NCBI RefSeq assembly: GCF_964355755.1
Contig: NC_092674.1
Coordinates: 6,324,001 to 6,388,000 of the forward strand
Direction of reading: 5' to 3'
Source: Antedon mediterranea
Taxonomy: Eukaryota; Animalia; Echinodermata
DNA: 64,000 nt
Part shown: in pieces, positions 13,596 to 28,500 of the stretch
Layout: every line of letters begins with the position of its first letter
How positions within the stretch are numbered: the first letter of the stretch is position 1
Notes under the pieces: model-generated
Databases searched by the model: none
What the model saw: the letters and a program-made list of their open reading frames with translations, nothing else
What the model was told of the DNA's origin: nothing
Made by a program: the position numbers and the translations under genes

Positions 13596-16500
13596 TCACC
13601 TAGACTCGTTCAAATCAGGACTTTCAGGAATGGGTCTAGTTACAGGACCTGGGTTTGATATCTCTGGTCGTCTAGGCGAGGAATGCCTGTTCCGTGTTGA
13701 TTGTGAAGCTCTGTATGTAGATCGTATTTTAGACATTCTTCGAACTGCAAATTTGTTTGCCCGATCTTTCAACTCGAAAGCAAAATTATGGAACTTGAAG
13801 CCAAGCAGATCTTTGAATGGCTGTAAAATAAAAATATAAATTCTATATAGTAATGTATATATTAATATTATTTTTATTATTTTAAAGTAGTAATCTTTGT
13901 TAGTGTTAGTTAAAACTGGTGAAAGAAAAATAGAAAGAAGAAAATGAAAAAGATTATGCAGAGGCTAAATCTAGATTTTAGAATACAGCAGAAAACCGCT
14001 ATTCAGAGACAACATATATGGGCACTTTCCTGTGAAACAAACAAGGAGAAATATGTTTTAACACTTTGGCTAACCTCTATTCAGAGGACACTCCTAATAA
14101 AGGGACACCCTTAATAGCCGGGTCTTTCACACCTGTTCCGGCACGGTTCCAATCCGGTGAATCGAATATCAATTTTTCGATTTCACGGCGCTCCACATGT
14201 CGATGTGCCAATCGATATGCACATAGCCAGCGTGAAAACGAAACATTGACGTTAGGTTTGATTTGCCGACGCCAGACTGCAACCGTGCCGGAACAGGGTG
14301 TGACAGAACCTTAATAGGGGTTCTACTGCATTTACTGCATTGTTAATTTGTTATGCATCATAGAGTTAGTTAAATCAAATTATGAATCTTTCTTTGACAT
14401 TAATCAAAACATTTTTTTTGGTTCTCACTGGACATGGTCAAAAGCTTTACATAATTTGAAGATATTCACCATCAAACATGCTGTTTAAACATTTGCTTTC
14501 CATGCAGTAAACAATATGCTTTCTAAATATTTTATTATTATATATTTTCAGTAGCAGATGCTTTTTAAAATAATTTTCCATCATGATCAAACAATTTATA
14601 TTGCTCATAAACTATTAAAATTAACTATTTTGTTAAATGTAAGAAAGAATTATATGCAGGCAGCCAATCATCAAAATGGGGCATGGTAGCAACATGCTTC
14701 CTGATGGGTCAAAGGTTAAAGGTCAGTTGTTTACCTAATTTAATGAGGAGATAGATATACTTGATCAAAGTTAGATGGTTTGAAAATACTTGGTGAAAAT
14801 ATGGAATAATCAAACATTTGATTGCAAAACACGGAAATGAATGGTTTAATTGTAGTGAAGTTGGTCAAATGGTTTAAGTTAGTATAAAATATGATAAAAG
14901 ATAACACAAATTAAAATGAATTATTTAGTTACACAGAAGGACAAATTCTGAAAAATGAGCACTATTAAATTGATGTACATCAGTTTTAATGCAATTCTTA
15001 AGCTCTGTATAAACTACCAAACTTTATGTGACAAAAAAATGTGATGTGCCCAAATATGGACATGATGATGCCAAATCACTACCATATTTGGGCGCATCAC
15101 ACTTTTTAAGTCAAACTAGTTTGATAGTGTAGTGTAAAGTGATTTATACAGCATTCAGATGTGCATTGCATTTTCATTGGCTGTAGAAAATGCGTTACCA
15201 AATCAAAATTACATCATCAATGGTTCACTTATTGCCATGCCTAATATTTTGATTGGCCTGTTAGCCTACTTTAGAAGCTGTAGTAATCATGTTAATTACA
15301 ACTAATTATTATCACACAATTGATAAAAAATGTGCTGCACATCTCAATAATGTTTTTAAAAAATGAACGATTTAAACAAAATTAATGATGCTGAAAATTA
15401 ACATCAGAAAAAGAATGATCGTCAGTAAAGATGAAATAACCTATGCATCAAAATCAGAGAGGATCCTCAGATATTTTTTACGAGGCCCAATCAATAGTCT
15501 GTAAATAGGTTATTTTAGCTGTGAAATGGGGAAATGCAAAGACAAGCCAACATCCCACTTCTCCTAACTTAGCACTACCTATTGGATCCGCCCCTGACAA
15601 TTATCAGTCGTGAAAATGAGAGTTAATAATAAGCAAATGGATAGTTATGGCATTTACAAAAAAAAAACTATTGTTAATCATAAAAAATAACAACAATACT
15701 ACCAAACAACAAAAAACAAGACGACAATAAAAAAAATTAAAGAAAAAAGCTACTCCTCAATAGACTTGTGGAAATTCAGTTATATAAGAGCCATCGGCAC
15801 CAACTGAAGAAAACCCTTTGAATATCTAGTTTGACTTGGCAATTAAAGAAACATTAATAAAAATGCAAGATGGTGAACAAAATATTGTTGTGACTAAAAG
15901 AAGCAAATGTATAAAAGAAATAAAAAAAATCAGTAAAAACAAACAGAATAAAATATTTGTGTCTTTTTTTAAAATTGACTAATTACAAACAAAAAGCAAG
16001 CTTTTGCAAGCATGCGCAATACAAACATGCAACTTATAGATGCAAAAGGTACTATAATTAACCCATTTATACTCCTGGGTGATATCTGTAGAATGATTGT
16101 ACCTTGGGATTATATAGCAATACAGGCCTTGTCTTTTAAGGCGTTCACCTAACACACTCCTAAACTGCCCTTGAAGAGTGCGATTTACAACACGCTTAAA
16201 TTTTGTAAACTTCTACACACAAAAATACAAACAGCACACCTACAGCACCCCTGAATGTATTGAGGAGTGCAATTTGTAGCACACCTATAATTTTTAAAAG
16301 ACAATGTCTGTAATATCTTTTAATTATTTTGAATTATGTTTTTACATATTGATGTTGATACAACCATAATACAAATTGATAATGGAACTAAATTAGTGTT
16401 AAACACCGGAACTGAATCAACAACGATTTGAACCCAGATGTTGTTAATCAGGTTACAGTGCCACTTAACTTCCACCACACATCTACACGAATTGTTCTTT

Positions 16501-19500
16501 CATTCTACTGAATTACAGTACCATAGACTTGAAATTAAATATTAATTTAGATTGAACCTTAACACAGAAACCCATCTTTCAATGGAAAATTATTAAATGA
16601 ATTCCCAATATTATTGAAAATATGTTTGCCATTGTTAAATTGACATGTTTCACCCTTTAATAGTTTAGGGTTTTAATATAAAAAAATATATCATAGATAT
16701 TGTACACCATGTTAGCAATGAAATTAAATGGTTGTGGTGTATCAGTGGCGTAACAAAGAGGCCTGAGGCCCAGCGTGTCTTTAGCCTTTTAAACATATTT
16801 TATTGCCTGTATTTTCCTCTGGCCACTGCTCATGGCCCCTATAGGATCCGGGGCCACTGAGTTTAGCCAGTGAGCGCTCATAGCGGTTACGCCACTGTGG
16901 TGTATCCCATAAATATTCCAAAGAAAAACAGAAAATACATCATTAAAAAAAATGATTTATAATAACAAAAACAAGCCCGCTAAATGCAATGCAAGGAGGC
17001 AAAGGATCACTCAATACAAGAAGTTGTTTCTAAATGAAACGAACAACAAGAACCTACCAAGTACATTTAACTCCATTGATTTCTGGATCTTGATAAGCTC
17101 TATGATGGTATTAGTAAAAAAAATAAACAAATCAAACAAAAAACTAAACATAATATTAAAACAGTTTATCTAAAAAGGTTAAAATTCTATATGTACAAAT
17201 AGATTATACAATATATATACTGTATGTATATGACAATAATAAAATAAGATGTGTTGATTTTATTTGTGATGTAACAAATGATTTACAGACTAGTATGTAA
17301 ATGATTTTATTTTACTTTATACGAAATGGTAAATCTGTTGGAAGTTAAAAAGCATTATGATATTGTTTTTAATTGATTGGATGTAAGGCCTATCATACTC
17401 TTCAATATTTAACGGCAATGTACAATAAGCAAATTACTAATGTAAACATTTCTTCTGGTTTCGATTCGTATAATGATATAACTATCTCACATTTACGATC
17501 AGCTTCTGACAACAACTGGTCCCCTAGGCTACACAACAAACATCTAGTGGCTGGAAAGGAGACCAGTCGGCGTCATAACGCATCATAGCAACTGAAGAAG
17601 TCAAGCTGACAGCTAGACGAAACTGTCTTGCCAACGTAAGTTTTATTGGTTTACTATCAAAGAACTACTTATATCATTAAGCAAATTACTTTTTTATTAT
17701 TGTCAATTTTAGTTAAAATGAGCCAATTTTATCAATATATATATGAAATGTTTGCCTTATTTTTATCGACATTTTTGGCTGAGAAATTTCTCATTCCGTT
17801 GCAATTTTAAACATGTTAATATAATATTAGAAACCATAGAGATTATAGTGAACTATAATATCTCTATGTAGAAACTAATAGATGTACACACTACAATATA
17901 TATATTTGTATATAACATCGAAAAAAATTGTTTGTTTGCTGTCAACCACAAAAGCTATTATGAAAAAATAATAAATAAAATGTCAAAATTTGCAACTTCA
18001 ATTTGCAGTACATTGCCTAGCATAGTAATAGGTTTCAATTTGCAGTACTTTTAAAGGAATATTTAATAAAATTGCAGAGATGTTTTTGACCATTACAATT
18101 TTAAAATGTTAAACAGCAAACAAACTTTTTTACAAGGCCTAAAGCTCTGTATGTACTATCAAACCTGATGTGACAAAAAAATGCGATGTGCCCATATATG
18201 GTGTACTGTATGTATGATGTCATATCACTACCATATTTGGGCATATCACACATTTTTGTCAAACTAGTTTAATAGTGTAGACAGAGCTTAATGTTGTAAA
18301 GTTGTACAGTATATTTATAAGTGAAACTAGATTCTATAAACTATTTATATATATGTAGTTACAATATATAATTTATTTAATATAATATATTTATAATTTT
18401 ATAAAGAAGAGCATCAACTCACTGAACGGGTTCTGGTAGGTGGTATGGGTGCGACTGTCCTCACATTGTTATTACTTCCTTCTGTACATTGTCTCTGAAA
18501 TTGTTTTAAGATAGTAGAAAATTAACGATAGTTTACACAAACAGGGCCAAAGAAATTTATTTTGTTTTGTGTAAAATGTGTTGGTTGTTATTGGACATAT
18601 ACTGTACACAGGATATAAAAAAAGGCCACATTTTTATACACTTAAATGTATAGTAATTTCAGTAAAGTAAATAATACTTATAATATAGTAGTACAGGCCA
18701 ACCAATAAAGTGTCCCATTAATAGGAGTATTTTCTGAATAGTGGTTGGCCCAGGTGATAAAAAATACATTTCCCCATGTTCATTTTACGAGAAACACTCC
18801 ATTTAATAGGCGTATCCAGTGGTGTAATGACTATGAGCACCCATTGGCTAAACCAGGGGCCCCAAAGCTTATAGGGCCTGAGTTTATGGGTGATCCTGAG
18901 TTTATGGGTGATCCTGAGTTTATGGGGGACCCTGAGTTTATGGGGGGCTCCTGAGTTTATGGGGGGGGGGGGGGAGCAGGGTGCAGCGGAAACAACAGGC
19001 TTTAAAATATGTCGAAAAAGGCTGACGCCTTCAGCGTTGGAGGCCTGAGGCCACTTAGTGTTTCTACTTTACTAGGTTTCAACGATTAGGGGTATTCCAA
19101 AAGAGAGTTTCCTTTTGTACTAGCTTTCGACATACCTTTGTATTTAATAAACACCCTAACCAATAATAAACATCTTCTTCTGTATCCACTAATACTGCCC
19201 TGAAAAATATAAATAAACACATTTTTACTAAAACAAAATTAAAACGCATACACATAAGTGGTACACACAGGATTGTAAATAACATAATATCGATTATAAA
19301 AATATAATATATTCATATTTTTTTATGGCCTAAACAGCTGGTTTATTACTGGTAAAATATTTGATGTTCTTGAAATAAGTAATTATACATTTAAACAGCA
19401 GGTGTATAATATTTCAATGACAAAATATCTGAATTTTAAAACAGAACTGTTGTAAACACCATCTGGTGGATTTAATGTATATTGCTAAATCTTAATTGTC

Positions 19501-22500
19501 AACATATCTATTTATCTATAAATCTATATATCTGTCTATGTTAGAATTGTACTATCTTTTACCTACACACACCATACATACAAGAGTAAATACTCGTTCC
19601 CCAGCCCTCCTCCATCCAACCCTCTCATAATATTATGGAACGTGTCATAGGCAATATTTGTATAGATACAATGATTCTTGTTTGATTTTGTATTCAGTAT
19701 TTAATTAAATTATTAAATTAATTAAAAAAAAACAAAAGAAAATATGTACATAGTCATATTATTTTCATTTGTTCAAAGTTAAAAATTTATATAAAAATAT
19801 AAAAATGAGTTTAAAAGGTTAACATTTGGTAAAATACAGATAAAACACATCGTTTAAAATACAGATAAAATACATCGTTGAAGATACAAAATACAAGCAA
19901 GATTGGATTTTTCACTATACAAAATTGGCAAATGATCATTTATATCTGATATAAGGATACCAGTGGTGATCTCTATAGTGTTGCATATGTAATATAGCAC
20001 AAATTTATATATAGATGGACAACTTAACAAACTATAGTTAATATGATCCAATATGGTACCTTCACAATTGGGTTTCTTTTAAAGTACTAATTTACAATTA
20101 TTTTGTCATTAATAATAATTAAATGAAAATTATAATACCTTAGCATTACAGGATCCTCCTTTCTATCGATGAATGTGAATCCAAATCTGTTGCAAAAAAT
20201 GAAAAATAGTCATTTAAAGCTAAATTTGAGCTACGAAATGTGAAAATATAGTCATTTGGCTACGAAATGTAAAATAAAAAAATAGAAATAAAATCTACAA
20301 AAAAGTATTTAAATAAAGTTGAGATATTTACCCTCTGTGAATTATATATTAATAAGAGTACAATATAAAAACATGGATGACAAAACATCATGGATTTGAA
20401 CCATTCACCTCAGACTTACATGATGACCATCTTAACCACTAAAGATAGACACAAGAGATCATTTATTTTACTGAAATGTTTATATTTGTATTTGGAAATA
20501 TTTCTACTCACTTTGAAGACTTAATTTTCTTTTCCACTCCAAAGTAAAACACAATATCAGAGACTTTGGACGAGTAAACTGGTTTGTCCAACTTTAAAAT
20601 ATGAAGAACAAAATACATAAAAAAATGACATGCCAGTATGAAAACTTACTGTAATTGCTAAAAAGAGACAAATAGAGAAAAAGCACTTTGAAGGGAAAAT
20701 GTAAAGTAAGTAAAAATGAAAGACTTGTTGACATAAACTTTTCAATTTAATTTCTGAACGCACTTGTACCTCTGAATAGTAGCTTTGTTGTTTTGTACCA
20801 TTTAATAAAAACAACTGTTTTTTCCAGTGGCCACCCGGTAGGCACTGCAAACCACAGCTATAATATCGACATCGAGGTTCATAAAGGCACTGGAAATCCG
20901 GCCATGTGCACTTAAAATAACCCAGTGTGTCTTTTGGAAAAAGAAGGAGATTAACCCAGTGGTTTGGTCCATTTTATCTCCTTTCATTAGATTGAAAGCT
21001 ATGAATCACTATGTTATGGAAACCACATGGAAATGAGAAGAAAAGGAACAAATTCATTGTCAATACCAGCTACAACAATCAATTTCTAATAAACGTTTTT
21101 TTGTTTACATTCACCTTTTTGTCTTTGTAGCATTTGACATCCATGCCTGTAACTTCAAAATATGCTTTCTTTATTTTCTTCTTTCCACAGAAGGTGACTT
21201 GACTACTAGCATTCACCAATGTAAGATACTAGACAACAAATAAAATACTAATGTACTTATATTTGAATTTTAAATTGAATTTTAAGCTTCAATTTATTCA
21301 CTTAAGCACTGCTTAAATATCTTAACTTAATGTTAAGTGCCAGCCCTGGTGACCTGATCATGGCATGGTTTTAAGCTCTGCATGTCTACACTATCAAACA
21401 AGTTTGACAAAAAATGTGTGATGTGTCCAAATATGGTAGTGATATGCCAAAATATGGTAGTGCTATGATGTCATCATGTTTATATATGGGCACATCACAT
21501 TTATTGCCACAAGTTTGATAGTGTAGACAGAGTCTTACTCTTTGTGACATCCATTTGTACATAGGAGGCTTAAAACCTGCATGTAAACAGACCTTTTGGC
21601 TTTTCAGGGTGAATAATGAATAGCGCCAAGCATTGTAAAATCTGTAGCATTGCATATTGTTCTGCTTCGTACCTTTTCGATTTTCTTCTCCAGGTAGTTG
21701 CTTTTTATACATATATAGTTGTCAGACCTCATACCATCATCCCAACTTAAAATCTCTGCCAGTATCTTCTCATGAGGATTAAAAACACGCTCTAAAAAAG
21801 AACATTCCCTTTCACAATGATTATAGACTATCAATTTGTCTTCGCAACAAAGACACAATTATTTCAGATGTTCTGCTGTGTGGTAGCCAAAACATTGGCT
21901 TGCAAAACAAGGAAGACCAGCTCTCACATACATTGATGTACTAGAGACGGATACTGGTATGCAGAGAGAAGAACTAGCTGTCACAATGGCAGATAGGAAA
22001 TTATAAGTTTATTATAAGTCATATAAGTTTGGTATGTCCCGGACTAAATAAGTATGTAATTCGTTTATATAAATGTAATTTAAAGCAAAAAGGTACTTAA
22101 AATTGTCTGTCAGACAATGGTCTTTGGTTAAAATTAACCGTTTCTTTTGTCTTTTTATAAATGAAATGTTAATTTTTGTTTTGATTTTTTTTCAGAGCCA
22201 CACTATAAGGGGAACGTTTGTCCCAATGGTGTTCCTTTAATAGGGTTAATACTGCACAGAAGAATTACTCACCGAGTTCGCCATTACAAATGACCTCAAA
22301 TACTGACACCTGGGAGGGTGGCATGTTTATCTTGTTTGTATCAATTAAAGTCTGAATGAGTTCTGATGTTGTCATTGATTCACTAATCTGTAAGAAATTA
22401 AAGAGAACAATATGCTATAAAATTTATTTGTATACTAATAAAATGTATAATTTATTACTGTTATCTTTACTGAAGTTAGTGCCCAGCAAGTGATAGCAAT

Positions 22501-25500
22501 TTATACAGTACACTGAACTGAACTTTTATTGTACCTCTTTTAAATCAGAGGCACAGTCTCAATTGAGATAATACACACACACTTATATATATACAAAAAA
22601 ACAAAAACACATAAGAATATATTGACATATTTTGGTATTTTATTCAATTATTCTTTCTTTATTCTGCAGGCACTTTCAATACTAGTGCACTGATTTTCAA
22701 AGTGGTACAGTAATTGGAAATATCATAACAAACATAACAAAGTAAAGACAAAGAGTAATAAAAATTATAAATAGAGAAAATATACATTAAAAATAGGAAT
22801 CAAGCTGTTGTTTGGTTTATATCACAAAGGTTCTACACTACAACTCGAACAAGCAAATCACCATGAAGAGGGACTACCCAACATGGCTGCATCCTTAATC
22901 AGCCAATCAGATAAGTCAGTTTTAAGTCACTCCCACTAATCAGTCATGCAGCACCTTCCATGATCAGCACTCGTACATGTGTTGTGCATGTCCATTGTAT
23001 GTACACAGCTTTATGTTCCATCCAAAGGATGAGGCGATAACAGAACAGTAAGGAATCTTGCATAAGGATACAAGTAATAATTTGACCCAGACTAATCTCG
23101 AACCCATGCCTTTCACATGATAGTCATATTCCCTTACTATTTATGTCATATCACTCAAATAACATTATTTCCTACTTGCCTGAACATCAATATTTTCATT
23201 TTCTGATTTTGGTCCTATGTACAGTGTCACATGCATATCATTCTTAACTGGAGGTGGAGGTAGAAGTTGATTTTCTGACAACCGTGCCAAGAATATTCTC
23301 TTTGCGTCAAGTTTATTCTGCTCTTCCTGGGTAACTTCAAAAATTGCAGCATAGTTTAACATTAAATCACCGATTACACTAATCTCATAGTTCGCAGCAC
23401 CAAACCCACCAACAGAATTCTAAAAATAAAAAGGGCATCTTATTTAAATTTTTAAGTAGTTTATATCGGCTGATGCTTTTACGGATTTTTTTCGAGAGCT
23501 TTTCAAACTTTCGAAAGTCCTTGATTGACACCAAAGTGTTTAAGGTGATGTCATGAATAATGTTGCTGAACTTTCGATGGCATGGTAAAATTAAGATAAA
23601 TTTGAGTTTTACGACAACATTTTTTGCAAACTTGTTATGTTGCTACGCCGAATAACATCATCAGTGCATTGAAATACGATCTTAGACGTTTTAGCTATAT
23701 ATGCCCTTACACAGGTGAGTATTTAAATATTCAGAACATAGTTATTTGTTTGTTAAGATATAGTAATCAAAACCAAGGTACACAATGTATACTGGAGTGA
23801 TTCCTAGTTGATCATAAAATGTAGTATAATATAACCTACTTTTGTAAATATAAAAAAGTTAAATATATTGTACTTTTTATTAATCCAATTGACAAAGTAT
23901 ATCTAGGCCTAGTTTACTATTAATCTGAGCATTTATTTTGTGTTACACCATTTTGAATACTGTTTGGGATCAAATTTATTCTGTTAAATCCAATTTCTCT
24001 TATAAATTTGTACAATATAGTCACTTACTTTGCCAGACATTAATGTTGGACCGAACACAGCTGCAAGGTTTTTCGTTTCCATTTTATTTTCCTGTTTGTT
24101 GTCACTTACACTGAAAAACAAGGTGAACAACTTTGTACAAATTTTTAAATATCTTTAAGTATTACATAGTATCGGTCATTCATGGTAGTGAGTAAGACCA
24201 GTTTCTGATCACATGGTCAGATATAAACTGACCAGCAGGTAGGTGGGTTCACATTCTCTGTTGATCATGATTCCGCTGATCATTTTATGCGATCAAATAA
24301 CATGATCAGCTTTAATCACCCTAACATGATCTATTGTTATAAGAGTGGACTGACGAATGAGCGCCGTTTGATGGAAGCTCGACACAAAGGGAGAGATGAA
24401 AGTTGTTATTTGTGGTTATGTTGTGTTTTTTGTTTTTATTTATTTATACTTGGCAACCTCCTCAGTCAAGACTGGTCTCCCAGAGTGTCCAGTTATGATC
24501 AGTGGCTGTGATGTACTAGTACACCAGGGTAACTCCTCGAAAGATTTACTAGGTTCTTTAAAGTGCACATGAGCTAGATGTGTAAACTGGACATACGGTT
24601 TAGTCCTTATCCGAGAAGACTTGTTCCACCACCAGAACCATGGAGCGAGTGAGCCCCCAACCCTTGCCAATGTTATGGCGACGTAATTACGGTGCACACA
24701 TCCTTAATGGTTCTACCACCTAGTAAAGGATCTATCTTAACTGGTCTTAATAATGTTAAATTATTTACTCATTGAGATGAATGATCAATTCTTTGAGTGT
24801 GTTTCGGTTAACTTCTGGAAGCTCCTTCACAAGCTCAGCATATTTTCTAATTTTGCTTGCATTATCTTGAGATGCTAATAAAATATAATACAGTATTTTC
24901 AGACTCAAACAGATATACAAAATAAAATCAAATTGTTAAAAATACAACTATCAACCATTCACGCTTACTTACTACAGTACTTGGAAGCAAAGCAAGTACG
25001 AAAGCGAATCGCAAGTAATTTTTCAATCGTCCAAACTGTCTCTTGTGATTGGTCAAATCACTTGTGTTACACCTGAAGTTGATGCTTGCATCCAAGTGGG
25101 ACCCAAGCTTTAGGCTCTATCTACACTATCAAACTTTATGCCAAATGTGATGTCATTTGTCATATTATTATCATATTTGGGAACATCACACTTTTTTTTT
25201 CAAACTAGTTTGATAGTGTAATCAGAGCTTTAGAATGTATGTTTTTAATTCATTAATTTTAAATTATAAATAATATAAATAATCATAACTATTTCAAACC
25301 TGAATTTTTAACCCATTGGTTATACAAATCAGATGTTAATAATGGATCGTCTAGTTCTCTAAAGTACTGTTTGAGGGCACTTGTCACATCATGGACGATG
25401 TAGTCTTCGTCTAATGTCAGACGAACTTCCCGAGCATTGTGGTATAGATTCTGTAAGATTTGGTTCACCTTTGATTTAACTCCAGCAAGTCGATATACCC

Positions 25501-28500
25501 CTTCAGTCTTGAGAGCTGAAAAAATTGATTAAAAATGTTGTGTATGTGTACTAAAGGCTGTTTTAGATTAGCAAAATATTTGATTTGCACTAATATTTTT
25601 GTGTTCTGATTGGTTGCGCATCACAAAAATAGCATAAAAAATGAATATGCATGTCCGTCGATTAATTGAATATATTCACTTAATGAGAAACAGGCTTTAG
25701 TACAGTTTTATTGAATCACACCAAGACAGTATTAAATCATTAACCAGTAGGTGTAAACAGACCCCAAAATGACATTAACCAGTAGGTGTAAACAGACCCC
25801 AAAATGACATTAACCAGTAGGTGTAAACAGACCCCAAAATGACATTAACCAGTAGGTGTAAACAGACCCCAAAATGACATTAACCAGTAGGTGCAAACAG
25901 ACCCCAAAATGACATTAACCAGTAGGTGTAAACAGACCCCAAAATGACATTAACCAGTAGGTGTAAACAGACCCCAAAATGACATTAACCAGTAGGTGTA
26001 AACAGACCCCAAAATGACATTAACCAGTAGGTGTAAACCGACCCCAAAATGACATTAACCAGTAGGTGTAAACAGACCCCAAAATGACATTAACCAGTAG
26101 GTGTAAACAGACCCCAAAATGAACATAAAGAGAAAGAGTATTACCATTTTTTTCAACAAAACGAATGCATTCATTGACAATTACTGGAACATTTTCCTTT
26201 GTTAGTGGTTGGTTTTCAAGTGAAGTTCCACAATCCTTTGAAAAAAAAGGTAAAACAGTAAATAATGATATGATATGACCAACAAAAAATGATTAATATT
26301 AATATGAATTTTTAATACAGTAGAACCCCTATTAAGGGGACACTTCTGTGACCCTGCAAAGTGTCCCGTAATAGAGGTGTGCTCTGAAACGGGATGGCCG
26401 TAGTAGTCAAGTTCCCTATGTATTTTCCATGCATTGTGTTAAAACTTATTTCCATTCACTCATTTTTTGGAAAAGTGTTCCCTTTAATAGGGTGTTCTCT
26501 TAATAGACTTAGTAATAGTATAGGAGTTGTTTTAATGTATTCATTTTTCAAATTATTATTAAATCAGGGCCGTAGCCACCAGTACGGCTGGTAAGGTTTC
26601 AACAACTTTTTCACAGAGGCCTTTGACAACCCAGTGGCTTGAATAGAGATTGTTCCCTTTTCTTGCAAAACTGAACCACTCTATTACTTGTTACTTTATG
26701 ACTTTTCACATTTTATATTTAACATACAACAAGTAGATCATAGGGCATATAAAAGTCTGACTGAAAATATACTTACAAATAATGTATTTTGGATCGCCGT
26801 ATGCCACCTGTCACTATGTTCTTTGTTCTCTGACCTAAGATAAAGACGACTCTTGTCAGGAAAACAGAGACAAATTGTTTGTTCTGTCACTGTTTGCCTT
26901 TCATCCGGGCCTATATTATCCACATCTAAGAGAAAATAAAAAGTTGTGTCTGTCACAATGAAAAACCAATATTCTATCTGGAAGAATATCACAACATCTG
27001 AATCTGTGGAACTTCAAAATTTGTGTTTTATATACTGTATACTGTATTTTATTGGAATAAACGCTCCCTTCCCTTATAGAACATCATTTTGAATAAACGC
27101 CCCCACCCCCTCAAATAAATGCTAGGGGCCTTAAATTATTTCCTTGAATAAATTCCCCGACACATGTATATTATATACAATATTGTATTACAACACATTT
27201 CTATTTTTAGCAGAATTCATTGATTGACATGATCTACAATTTACCAAGCAGTTTGATACCATTTTTACTGCATCTTATCACTTTCTCGATATGAATTTTT
27301 GTTGTATTTAATAATTATTATTATTGTGTTGTATTTTTTTCATATAGGGTATTTATCTGATTACCATGTTACACAAAAAAAATAAACGGGGCGTTTTATA
27401 AATACGGTATCCATAACATGATGAACTAAAACAGTAATTTTTACTTACATGAATTTGTTAGTTTCCTTAAATCAAGATCTTCCATGCAGTCTTTCTCGGC
27501 TGAGAAGAACGATAGTTTCTTTCCTTTTAACAAAAACGTTAAACGACGCCAATCAGTCTGATAATATAAATAAAAATCATTGAAAGTTTTTACAATTGTA
27601 AAATTATACAAAAATAAATTAAGAGAAATCATACATTACAAATGTGGTGATGTCATATTGTCATTGGTGTGGCATATGCAGAATTTCAAAAAAGATAGCT
27701 TAAATCTCTGTCTATACCATAACAACTTTATGTGACAACAAAATATGCTGTGCCCATATATGGACATGATGATGTCATATCACTACCATATTTGAGCATA
27801 TCACTACCATATTTGAGCATATCACTACCATATTTGGGGATATCACACTTTTTTATCAAAATAGTTTGATAGTGTAGACAGAGCTTTACTGACAGTGGAA
27901 TTATATCCTATATATTATTATAACTATTTTTAAACACGATACCTTGTTTGACCATTATTTGGTGTTACTCTAAAAGGCCATGTTAACATTATAATTGTTT
28001 TGTTTTTATTAGATACACTCCCCGATATCACACGACTTAAGCTTGGTTCCCACTAGAACGTAACGCAAGGACGTAAACGCAACGCAAGCGTTTTAACCAA
28101 TGACAAGCCAAGTTATAGACAGTTAGCAATCACAAGCGAATAAGTCATCGCTTGTGATTGGTCAATTCACTTGCGTTGCGTTACGTCCTTGTGTTGCGTC
28201 GCTATTGGCAACCACGCTTTAATAAGATTAAATGGAAACTTACCGAAGTGCTGCCTTCTTTCTTGTGCAAATGGCCAACCAAATCAAAATTCTGCAGAAA
28301 AATATAATTTACTTAAAAATTGTTTCATGATCATAAAAATAAGACGACATTGGTGATAAAAATGATGAATGTGAATATCATATGTAATTATGAAATTTAT
28401 ACACCTGCCAAGTCCCACGCATAATCATTATTTATCATTTTGAAATTAACATGCCTATTTTGAAGGAAAAATATCCGAGGACTACACGTTATTAATTTGA

